Of a stretch of 64,000 nucleotides of DNA, positions 10,901 through 23,100 are shown piece by piece. Both the position numbers and the translations under genes were made by a program. Source of the DNA: Tubulanus polymorphus (taxonomy: Eukaryota; Animalia; Nemertea). The notes beneath the pieces are model-generated. The model worked only from the letters and a program-made list of their open reading frames with translations, did not search any database and was not told where the DNA came from. Each line of letters begins with the position of its first letter. Positions within the stretch are counted from its first letter, which is position 1. The stretch lies in assembly GCF_964204645.1 (NCBI RefSeq), contig NC_134026.1, forward strand, positions 21,424,150 to 21,488,149, given 5' to 3'.

Positions 10901-13900
10901 ATTAAAAACTTAGAACTTAGTTGCTAGCTTTTATTCTCGACCCTGAGAGAAAATGGAATATTCTGATAATTCTTCCCTCTTTCACATTCTGTATTATAGG
11001 CATTGTATGATTATCAACCTCAAGAAAATGACATTCAGCCATCTATTGCTTGGTTAACGGTCATGGAGAAAGCTCATCTTAATTTAGCCAAGTAAGTTTT
11101 CACTTAATAATATATCATTATGTATTGGAATCTACTTAAAAATGTGCACATTTTCATCGGATACAAACAATGTTTAGGTTAATGATTAATGATTTCTAGA
11201 TCGGACGAAAAGCTGTTTTTCGGTCATCTGCCTAGAATTTATACCTCATGTATGAACTGTTTACGAACTGAGAAACCTGAGGTCGCTGACTCCGCTTCGC
11301 AAGTTATGAAAGTAAGTATCAACATCAGGAGATATTTCTACATCTCTCGCGCTGGCAGATGTACCACCGTGTCTGTGGCGGTACAGAGGGTTTTATGTCA
11401 GAATTAAGTGGTGAATTCCCAGAAAAATGTCTGTCGCCTCAATCCAGACCAGTATGCATGAAAGCGAAGTGGCTTCTAACTAAGTAGTGAATCTGTAAAT
11501 GTTTGTATTTGGATGTTGAATAGAAATTTCAATTTTTATCGCAGCAACTTTTAACAGAAGGGATAGAACCATTGATATCGTCCGCGACGGATGGGTCGTC
11601 GCCGAATGATAGTATCGTGAAAACGTTTCGATGTCTCGAAGCTGGTTTGAGCTATCAGTATCACTCGTCGTGGGGTATGGTGTTGAAAACGCTAGCCATT
11701 GCCTTCAAGGTACTCGGAAAGAAATACCAAAAAATCATGCACAAGGTAAATATCAGTCGTCACTATATCTCTAAGGAGTTTGCAAACATTTTTGAAGCAT
11801 GCTTAGTCGTGTGGTCTTATTTCAGGCTCTAGTTTCGATGGCTGATTTAAGGGACAGTTTCCAGTTCGCCTATAAGGGAGAGCTTGATCACGCTATAGGC
11901 ATGGCCATACAAACTATGGGCCCTCGTGTTGTGCTTGGTGCGATACCTCTGCAAATCAATGGTGATGAGTAAGTAGAAAATAAGATAGCTAATCGTAAAA
12001 AAAATAAGACAGTTCAAGCTTCATTTTCGTCAATATTTTATCACGTATTCCAGAGCTGATAATATCGACTTTCCGAGGAGCTGGCTTCTACCGGTTTTGA
12101 GGAACAACATCCGCAACACGGAACTAGCATTTTTCATATCGTATTTCCTACCATTGGCTGCCAGAATACGAGCAAGAAGTAAGATATGGTGTTTAATTAT
12201 GCAACTTATCAGAAAATTAACCATTGAGCTTGAATCTGAATATAGAAGATGAATACTGTGAATCAAAGAAATCTGTGGATTATTTGGAACCAGAGACATC
12301 AATCTAGATTTATTTATGAAAATGAAGACAAAACAGTGCAGTCAACTGATTGATGGGGATTAAAAGAATTTGATTGTATCTGCTCAAAAATTCTTCTCAG
12401 GTACAGCATTAGAACAAGGGGATCGTAATGCAGAGTCAAAAGCCTACAAGACAATACAGTATCAAATATGGCTGTTACTCGGTGGTTTCTGCACTAGACC
12501 AACAGATATTAAACAGGTATTAGAATCAAAAATCTTTTATACCGAAGACATCGGACACAATTGAATTGAACCAGTTACTTGCACTTGATTTAGGAACATA
12601 TTGTATAGAATTTGAGAAATTATCAAGATGATCCATCATTTGTTTTTCATGTTTTCTAGTCATTTGCTGGTTTGGCTAAAGTTCTGGGTACAGCTATTTC
12701 GGATCACATGGATTTAAGAATGGAAGTGATGTCGGCCTTAAGAAAATTAATCACAAACAGTATTGATGATGGTAAGGTCAAGGATCTCATCAAGTTGTGT
12801 TCGGGAAATGAATTGTAGTAAAATTGCTTCCGAATACAGTCAAGTCTGTTTAATTCGTATTACTTGGAAGTGTGATATAGATTGTATGCAAAATATGTGA
12901 CTGAACCACTATAGGATTAGCAAAAGCTATTGAAATACTCAATCAACAATTAAGTGAAAATACGAATTGATTATTATAATGAATTAAGTAGATTTGGCTG
13001 TAGTTTGCAACTGCATTTCGTAACAAAACACAAACAATATTTTAGAGGAAAGTCGAACAGAGCTCAGTCGATTTGCCAAGAATTATCTGCCGATATTATT
13101 CAACGTATTCACCACTGAACCGGCTGACCCGAGGGCTAAAGATTACTCGCGCCTCGCGGTTCTCGAGACGGTGAAAGTTTATCTACAGATAGCTGACTCG
13201 GCCGTAAGTCTTGAAACTGAATTCCTGACAAAAGTCTCAAAGTTCTGAACCATTGAAATAAAATATGATTATCTGTTTTGCAGCTTGTCACGTCATTTTG
13301 CGATAAATGCATAGAACGCTTAACGGACACTGAAAGTTCTGACTTTAGACGGTTAGTATGTATTCACCGGTCGTGAACCAATACATCAATTTGAAATAAG
13401 AAGTCATCTAGGGTATTAGTTTGAAAAACAAGGCAATGCATGTGCATTTAAAGTATGGAAAAAATATCTTAAAACCTTCAACATGTAGATACCCGCAAAT
13501 TATATGACCCTAACCTTTGCCTGAAATTTGACGATGTTGATAATATGATATTTTTCAGCCATGCTATGATGGATTTATTGATTGTCATGATTCCGTACAT
13601 AAACGTAAAGCAAATCAAGAAGATCTGTGGCTTGATTTCACCGCATTTCAAGGTATTTTCACAACTATCATCGCTCAGTCAGAAAAAACGCGTTGTCGTA
13701 TTTCTAATGAATCTTATTGGTATTTTTTTTTCAGTCTTCGGACAAAACGATGCAAAAGAAGACCTATCGCATTTATGAAGAAATCTGCGCAGCGAACTCT
13801 GAAAACTGCATGGCGTACATTAAAAAGAATCTGTCCCATGTACAGAGTGTATTACTGAAAACTCTGTCTACATCAAGTGCATCTTCAAAAGCAGTAAGTT

Positions 13901-16900
13901 ATACTATATTATATCAAAGATTGTTTTCTCCTATGTTTTTGCCTCCTTATAGCTCAGTTGGTATTTTAACAAACTTTCGCTTGTTCCTTTCAGCCGAGAT
14001 TGCGATGTTTGATAAACATATTCAAGCAGTTGCCAAGTCCCGAAGTGGAGTTCTTGGAAACAGTTTTACCAGAAGCTATTCTGTGCACGAGAGAGGTCGC
14101 TGAAAGAGCACGGGCTGCTGCATATAACCTGCTAGTCGAAATGGGCGAGGCCTCGTTACGATGGTCGGAAAAGTCGAAACCAGGTAATTTATATGATACA
14201 AATTTACAAAAAGGATTCCATTTACCATGAGAAATTTATCCAAAAAATGATTTAGTGCCCTTCATTCAATTCATATGATCGGTATTTTTCAGATGCTGTT
14301 ACTGATTATCTACAGTTAGTTATGGCTGGACTGCTTGGCTCACCACACATGATATCAACTACTCTTCATGCATTGACCAGACTGCTCTTCCAATATAAAG
14401 GTATGATTTCTTTTTGGCTTTTTAGCCCACTTGAGTCCCAGCTGGCTATTTGTGTTCACTTTTCGTCTGTTTGATTGTGTTGTGGTTTAACGTCATTGAT
14501 TTCATTGTATGTTCACCAGGGGGTCTTGAAGATTGAAATTGTCAGATTGTTGAGCATTTCAAACCACTTTCCTAGCGGGCATATTGTCCTTGGAGCCTTA
14601 CTAGTATATTAGATGATAAGTATAAGAGTTATAGGAAACTAAAATGTCCAAATTGGTTCAACTGTATAATTTTGTGTTCTATCATCACCTCATTCATCTC
14701 ATTTCGCCCCATCCTGAAAGTTATTGCTGTACGTGTAACTATCATCTTAGCCCTGTGAGGTTGATGCATATTATGTGTAATCAATTTCTCGTATTTGTAC
14801 GATAATTCATAAAAAAATACTAGAGCGTTATCGTGCTCAACGTCAATGTCTTTGTTACAGATTGTATTTCGGAGAATACGTTGTCGGAACTCATGTCGAA
14901 CATGTGCATCCTACTGACATCGAAAGCCAGAGAAATAGTACAAGCTGTGTTGCCGTTCTTCAAGGTGCTTCTGGGATCATTCCCTGAGTCTCGATTGGCG
15001 AAGTATTTAACTGACATTGTAAGTTTTAGTTCACCGGTAGAAATGCTGGATATTTTCTTAGTATTTCAAGGCCTGATTGAAGATTCTTTTTGGTTACGCT
15101 CGTACAGGTTTCGAGTCTGGTTTCGATGAAAGATGAGTGTCACCACCATTTCCGATTCAAATCGAAGGAGATTTTTGAAAAACTGGTGAAGAAATTTGGG
15201 TAAGATCATAACATGCATTAAAGATTTTCCTTCACCGTTACAAAACAACAACAGTGAGTTGCAATTTGATTTGAATTTTATGTACGATACAGGTTTGAAA
15301 CGATCAATCGTTTAGTGCCGGAATCCCATAGTAAAATGTTAGTGAATATACGTAAAACGCAAGAACGACAGAAACGCAAGAAACAAGCGGCAGAAAACGC
15401 AGAGGACAGCGACGCGGAGATGGGTGAAAAAATGCCAGCGATTCCAGAAACGTGAGTTTACTGTATACATTCTTGGGCTAGGAATCTGCATACTTGAGTA
15501 TGATTTGAATTCATCTCGTCAAATTTTGTCGATAATCACATTTAGATACATGGCGGAGCATTCTCCGCTAAAGCCCGACATCAACAAGTAATGTTGGATC
15601 TGGCTTGAGCAGAGTTGAGTGTATCTGCCTCATCTCATCCTATCACGCCATGAAGGATAAATTGGGCTTTGTTTTCGTTTTAGGATTGAAGAACTGCTGC
15701 GAGACACCGATTCTGAACTAGAAAATGACGACAAAGATGACAACATGAAAGGAAAAAAGAAAAAATTAACGAAGAAAGCCCAGCAAGGACAGAAATCCGG
15801 CGCAGCTTGGTTGAAAGAGGGCGGCGATGAAGAAATTCTTGATTTCATGGATCCGTCTATCTCGAAGAAGGTTCTAGGTCAGTCAAACAATAACGAAAAT
15901 CATTTGATTACAAAGTTAGCTTAATATCAATTCATTTTAGATATTGATCTGGTAAATTTGCATATTATTAGCTACGAAGCCCGATGACAAAAAGGCGGAT
16001 AAACAAGCGCTGAAACACGACTTCAAAATGGCTCCCGATGGAAAATTAATCATCACCGAAGATAAAGAAGAATCGGCCACACCCAGTACGAGTGAGTTCA
16101 GGGGAAATAGATGTCGAAATTGATGATACTCCAGGAATATTCAAGGAATTTTGTTAAAACAAAAAGCTGAAAATTGGGGAACAGTCAGGGATTTTTGTTG
16201 AGATGGCTGGATTGCGTGTAAAATCAAACAGTTTCCGTCTATGTCTTATGTATTTGACTGTGTTAATTGATTGGATTGTTAACAGATTCAAGTCAGGGAA
16301 AACAATGTACATGTCAGGGGATAGTAAGGGAAAATAAGTGGACTCATCGCCTTTGACAATCGCCTGATTTGTTTAAAATGTGAATTCAAACTGTCCTGGT
16401 TGTTAGGATCTGAGTGTTACTGGTATACTATTCAATACTGTCTTCATTGTGTAATGTACCAGAGTATGTATCATAGGTAAGAAAGAAGCAGCTGCAGTCG
16501 ATGATCTCGATGAACTTATCGAAGCTATGGCCGGACCTCAGAAAAAGAATCGAAAACGAAAAGTGGAAGACATTGCAGGTGTTGATGATGACGACAACAC
16601 ACCTGCCCCGAAATATCAAGGTTAGCAATAACTATAAAACTTTTCAAAGGTTTTGCCATTTCTTCAACACTTTATACGTTGCATAACTTGTTGCACCTCA
16701 GCCTTCTATTGTTTAATTTTTTCATAGCTGGTGGAAAAGGTATTCATAGGCCGATAAAGAAAGCTACGAGAAAAGGACCCGACATGCAAGATGGTACAAG
16801 CTTTAAAGCAAAGGTAACAGTGCGTGTATTTAAAGATTGTATTTGCGGAAAAGGTTCATCAATATATATCATTTTTTGTTTGATTTGGTTTTCAGAAAGC

Positions 16901-17163
16901 TGGAGGGGATGTAAAGAAAGGCAAACATGATCCATTCGCATATGTTCCTTTGAACTTTCAGAATCTAAACAAAAGGTTAGTCGATTGTTGACGAGTGATT
17001 ATTACTGAAAATTATGGATTTATTCTAAATGGCTGCTTTAAGTTATGAGAATCTTATTGTTTTTATAAGGAAAAGGGCAAAGGTCGCGGGTCAGTTCTCG
17101 AATTTCGTGAAAGCTGCAAAAAAAGGCGCTGTCAAAGGAAAGAAGTCGAAAGCCAAGAAATGA
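7981..17163 (+). CDS. RRP12: RRP12-like ribosome biogenesis protein (HEAT repeats/NUC173), ~31 exons
   Basis: N-terminus [23 protein letters not shown]; HKE|[28 protein letters not shown]; [14 protein letters not shown]; [12 protein letters not shown]; C-terminus [22 protein letters not shown]. Stop TGA at 17161-17163. The inferred introns I checked are GT-AG. Confidence 0.95.
10309..10502. mobile_element. Degenerate MITE (hAT-like ends) in an RRP12 intron
   Basis: cacggttaccact..agtggctactctg termini with internal tcaggg(a)a repeats; similar tcaggga-rich sequence at ~16095-16330. Confidence 0.4.
14419..14605 (+). mobile_element. Helentron-associated (HINE/DINE-like) element remnant
   Basis: 5' ttttagcccacttgag..gctatt..cgtctgtttg and 3' agcgggcatattgtccttggagccttactagt layout; related pieces at ~9145-9210 and ~17815-18025. 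Confidence 0.45.
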
Positions 17164-17224
17164 AATAGAAAGGTTTCTTCAGAAGTCGTTTGTACAGCTG
17201 TGATATAGATTTGTTAAATATTTG

Positions 17225-17230
17225 AATAAA
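17225..17230 (+). terminator. Probable RRP12 polyadenylation signal
   Basis: AATAAA about 60 nt after the stop codon. Confidence 0.6.
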
Positions 17231-18572
17231 AACATCAGTTATGAATTGAACATAACGTAGGTATTGAATTTCGTGTTCTTCTATGGAAACGCAAGTTCCT
17301 CACCATTTGTAAATTGTAGTGCTACAGCAGTTTAAGTTGAAATTTGTAGTAGATCACTTGTTACCCATCAACTGAAGATCGGTTTTACTGTCTAGACTGT
17401 GGATAACCTTACAAATTGTCAGGATTGCTGCGAGAAATCTTAATGATGCAGATGATTAGTTTTGGGGATTTATTATCTACCCATGAAAGATATCTGGGGT
17501 ACAGCGATACCTGGGATACAGGGACTATTCGGACATTCAGCTAGTGAGTCACACTGTTACTGTGTAGGTGTTGATCAGCTGCCTCGCCTCGATCCAGGCG
17601 TATGACACTAACTCGGGTCAAATCAAATATTTCATCAAAGATATGAGTTCTATGCCCAGGTACAGTATGCCATGTGCCTTGGTGAACAAATACAGTAATG
17701 ACCTTGATTGAAACTCACCACATGGAGAAGATGCATGTACCAATATATAACAAACATTAAAAATATTCCACTGAAGCATCTTCCAAACTTTCCAAAATAA
17801 CTAGATTCCATCTATAGCAGACAGATGGACGGACAGACAGATGAAAAGTGTAGCCTGCAAGTCCCAGCGGGTAGTAGAATAATTTAGTATTTCTATGATT
17901 GTGGCAAGTTAAAAGGTCATTGATTTCAGTATGGTCACCAGGGGGCCTCGAATATTGAATTGTTAGATTCTTGAGCATTTTAAACCACATCCCAGGTTGG
18001 CATGGTGTACATGGGCCCCTAGTTTGTCAAAGAGTCGAATTTAAGATATCCTCTCCGAATGAACAAATTTATAGCATATTACATATATAAAGGATTTATT
18101 TTTATAAAAGTAGATATACAATAATAAATCACAATCATCGGAATGTTTACTTCATTTACAAACTTGATTATACCATAATTATTTCCTCCGGCTTCTTTCG
18201 ATAGATGGACATGTTATAATAGCATAATTGGTGTAGTTCAGATAGAGGAATGCTAATACAAGAGATAGATATGGTGGCAGGATAATTAATGAAGAATACA
18301 AGTAATAAATTAAACGATAAAATCATTTCAACTGGATGGATTCGTAATAGTATAAAATCAGTGTAATTATATACAGTGTCATTATGGAAGGAATAAATGA
18401 TACACGCTCCAGTCAACTTTATCTAACCCTAGAACAATTGAGGTTACAATAGCCCGATTTCTCGGGTCACTCTTAGCTTATGCTTATGAAACTGCTAGAT
18501 GCTAGACATCCCTTTGGTAAAAGTTGACACTGGTCCGTTAAACTGGCCCCCAGCGTCCAAACAGAAACTCTG

Positions 18573-18710
18573 GGGCCAGTTGCACAGTCGTGACTTAAGT
18601 CCAAAAGTGGTCTTAAATCTTAAGACTGGTCTCGGGTTGTTAAATTGGCTATAGAACTAAGTTGGTCTTAGACTGGTCTTAAGTCTAAGCCATGACCATG
18701 CAACCGGCCC
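18573..18710. mobile_element. PIF/Harbinger-type MITE with CTG target duplication
   Basis: TIRs gggccagttgca..tgcaaccggccc, with CTG on both flanks. Relatives at ~46421-46529 and ~1795-1913. Confidence 0.65.
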
Positions 18711-20126
18711 CTGGTCCTATCATAAATTCTACAGTAAAACTTGTGCAAATCGAAAAATCCTTGATGTGGTCAAAATAATGAAAACCGGAATGTTCCCGTT
18801 CATTTTCTAGACAAATTCCATCTCTAATTTGAATTTCTTAAGTCTGAAATGATTGCCTTAATAGGACAAATATTCAATCTCCAAAATGCTAAAATAAAGG
18901 AAATCATATTTTCTAAGTTGAACGTTTTTCTTTTGTTTTATAAGGCACTCCTCATAGACAATTCAATTCAAAATTTATTGCTTCTGTATAATAACATAAT
19001 TACATAGGCCAGACACATAAAACAGACTTAACCTAGCATCGAATGAAAGCAAAATAGGCAGATAAAAGTTACTAATCAAGAGTTCAATTAGATTCTATGT
19101 TTTCTAAATCAGACTTTCCTAAAAAGTCCCAAATCTGACTTGTTCTTAGTCAGATTTTATCTTAGTCAGACGCCATACACGAAAGAATCTCATTTTCATC
19201 AAACCAAAAATCTATATATATAAACAAATGTAGGCTTATTCTAACCTCACTATAGCATTGAAAGCGATCATCATTCTAAAATTATCAAACATTATTTTAA
19301 ACCATTCATTTCCCCTCATCTACTAATAAAATTTTGCAAATACGATTTGCGGTATAAATATAACACTATATCAGTTCCCTGTACAAAATTCTCTATAAAA
19401 TAATAGACATTGTACATTAATATACATTGTATAGCAATAAATAGGAATAAACAACGATCGTCGCTGGAATGTTTAAAATGTTCTGAGACCATTAAAAGTT
19501 CGTTTAATTTTTTATATTTCTAAGTTATTACATGATCTATCAGTGAGAAATCTGGATTTCCTATCCAAATATTTGGACAATTATTCATCACTAGATCACT
19601 GTATTGATAAATTGATGTGGAAAATTTTCAAACCTGACAAATTTAATACTATGCTAAAAATAGAAATATGATTTCCACATTACTCGTACATTGATTAATA
19701 TATACGTGAGTAAAATCAATCAAAATTGAGCTTCGAGTAATCGCGCAACATCAATAAATCTTCGAAATCATTGTTAAATCGTTTCAAGGATGGTATAATT
19801 GTGATTAAAACAAATAGATGGATACAATTAAACCTCGTTTTAACGCCATCCTTTTTCACACCGCCTTTAACGAAATTTAGGACGGACCCACGTGATGACT
19901 GATACAAACGCCTTCTTCGTAGAACGTTCTTCGGAGAACGAAGTGACCTAATGTGACTATGGTGCTCGTCGGGATAACTTATCAATACTCTCCAATCCAA
20001 TGTTCCCACCCAAAAATCCATGAATTTTTTCACTTAACCTCATACTTAATACATAACTGTGAACAATATATCAGACGGTCTCAGAAAACTGTCGAAGCTT
20101 CATAAACAGGTTTAACCGTCATAAGC

Positions 20127-23100
20127 TTACCAGTGTAAGAAAATGATGCTGAAGGCAAGAATTACCAGGTGGAACAGAGCATAAATCGGCGTGATCGCTT
20201 TCGCTCCGCCTACCATGTATCCGGTCGTACACTGGAAGTGATTGATTCTCTTCAACACAGACATGAACTGTTGGCCGAGGTAGTCCTTGTAGTTCTGCAT
20301 TTCGGGCGGAATCGACACCAGACGCACGGCTGAGTCGGAGAAAATGAGGTCGTACTTGTCGAAACCGGAGTCGAACATCTGAAATTCTTTGTTTCTGTTA
20401 CGGGAAACAAAAAAGACATCGATGAAAGATACGGTAATAAGACATGATAAACAACAATTAGATGCCCAGCGTTCTCCACAAGACCTTTTAGAGATTCATT
20501 TTTACATGCACACCTCTGAAAATCACCCCTTATAAAATATCTACTGCCCCTAACAGCGTGGATATGAATATTCTATCAATGCTGATAATTGCTTTGAAAT
20601 ATATTCATCATCATCATCTTAATCATCATCATCATCAATTGACGGATCCATCGGAGGCTTTACAGCCTATTAATATCCACTTCGATGTCTCGCTTTAAGT
20701 TGCAATACGGCAGTAACCCAGCTTTCGCTTGGAAAAACAGCTTTGATTAATCTTGAGTAATTTCGCTTTCAAGACACAATTTACCCTTGTTGTACTAGGG
20801 CAGGCCAAGAAGTATTGAACTAATGTGACAAATAGAAGATAACCCCGAAATTTAGCATAACCCTTAGCTTTTCTGAGAGTTCGAAAGCCTTGCTACTTCA
20901 GCAGCCACGAGGTCATATACTTAAAACAATGAATGCAGCCCCCTTGAAAATTCCAGCATATGGAGAACACCAGATGTGGGGACATACAAGCGAGTTTTGA
21001 AAGAATAATGCACTTACCCATCGGAGGCAAAGAATGACTGCCCGTAATTCAAGAATTTCCAGAGAATCTTGCGTTCCCAAGGTTGCTTATAACCTGTAAT
21101 AGATCGGCGAAAATAAATCAGTGGAAACTGAGCATCCCGCAAACCACTTACATCAACCCCGAAAAATACACCAGGAACTGAATTTTGTACCTGCGGTGAC
21201 GACGGCAGGCGCTTTGATCTGCTGCAGATGACAGTTGCGCCAGTCATCAATAGGTCCTCGAGTTCCGTCCATGCACAACAGCTCGTAGTCATCGGCTCGA
21301 CGATTTCTAGCCCAGTAATCGGGATTCCTACCGCCGGTGTTATCGCGGGCTACCGTGTGACGAGTGAACGAAACATCTCCACCGTCTAATCAAAATTTAT
21401 GGGTTGAAAAAACTCTTCAGTTGAGAGAAAATCATGCATTCGATAAATGAGAAATTTCTTTTTACAATAATGTTGTGCTATGGTTTTTCTGTGGATGCAT
21501 TAAGTGATCATGAGTACCAGTATATGAAAATTTTTGTTCAGCACAGGAGGGGGGGGGGGGGTAATATTTGGCAAATAGCCTTTTTCGATTTGACAGAAAA
21601 ATCTTAAAATCAGGACGGACATTGAATGGAAATTAATTACCTTCGACGAGGCACCTGAACGATCCACTGTCGCCGAAGTACAACTCCCGACTGTTTCTCT
21701 GACATTTGTCACTGCCTCCCGAGGCGCACGCCTCGCACAAATTGATTCTATAACGGTCCGGCTTGTATCGTTCATTCAGTACTCCGGGCGCACAGGCCTT
21801 GAAGAAAAATTCACCTGAAATAAGAAGACATCGCTAATGAAATTCTAATAATAATTGACATTTATATAGCGCAGGTATCCTTACAAGAGTGAGTTCAAAT
21901 TCTCTCAAAATTTGGTATTATCACCCCCAGCCTATAACTCTACTCTATGAATTAGTCATCTCTCCATGGGGGAAAGTAACATCTGAGCAGCTACTCAAAG
22001 CTCAGGAGTCATATATCAGGCCAGGTACCCATTTACTCCTGGGTGGAGAGAGGCAATGAGGATAAGTACCTTTTCCAGGGCCACTACAATAATGTATCGG
22101 GTTCAAACCCTGGCTTCCCAGAGTCGAACGCACTAACCACACGCCCACACCGCTTGCTCAAAAATTCTACCTTATATCTCATCGTTTGTTAAATTATATG
22201 ATGTCTTCAGTATGAAAGCCGAGATATTTGAAAACGATATTTCTATTCATTGGGATTATATTTTACATCTTTGAATGAAGAAGAGACTTACCGATAGCGT
22301 CGTATAAGTTACAATCGTCGGGTCTGATTAGAATCTGATTGGTTTCGATCAGCGTGGAGACGGGTATCACCCATCCCGCCGCCATATTCACACCCGAGAA
22401 ACAAACCCGCCGCGCTAAAAACGATAGAACATTTCGTTCAATTATCGAGTCGACATCAGGAAATTAATTCAAGGGACAATTGAAATTCTTTTAACATATA
22501 TTTAAAGAAATCCATTCCCATTATATTCCCATATATATCCACATTTCAGCACAAATGGTCATTGAATGCCCCATAAGGATCAATATGATCTGGATTAAAA
22601 ACAGGATTTGACGTAGACAAGACTGTTCGATAATTTTCCAATCCATGACTGGGTTTGTCTCGAAATGTTCGGCCAATTCTTACATCACAGCACGACGCTG
22701 TTAATAATTGATCGACCAACAAAAATTTTATATACCTTTCAGATTGAAAATGGAAATGTCCGGATTACTTTTTCGTACGATCGCAACCGCGTACTGCATT
22801 GCCTCACCATCGCCGTAGTCTTCAGCCGCAATCGGCACGAGATCGTAATATCTACAAATACGAGCAAGTATTTCACCGATTAAACGAAGGTGGTATCAGG
22901 ATAATTGCCCCCGGACAATTGCCCCCAAATTAAATCTTTATAATCTTAAAGTAACACAGATATTTACTTCAAATTAATTAGACTAAGTGAAGTGAACTAA
23001 TTCTAGCTAGAGTTTTTACTCTAGGACTGCTTTAAAGTTTTTGATTGGCTAAAGTAACACTAAAACTAATTCCAATAAATAAGCCAACGTAAGTTATGCA

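Noticed and set aside
18423-18431. CTAACCCTA as a telomerase RNA template or telomeric repeat
   Set aside because: Isolated short match with no array or supporting structure.
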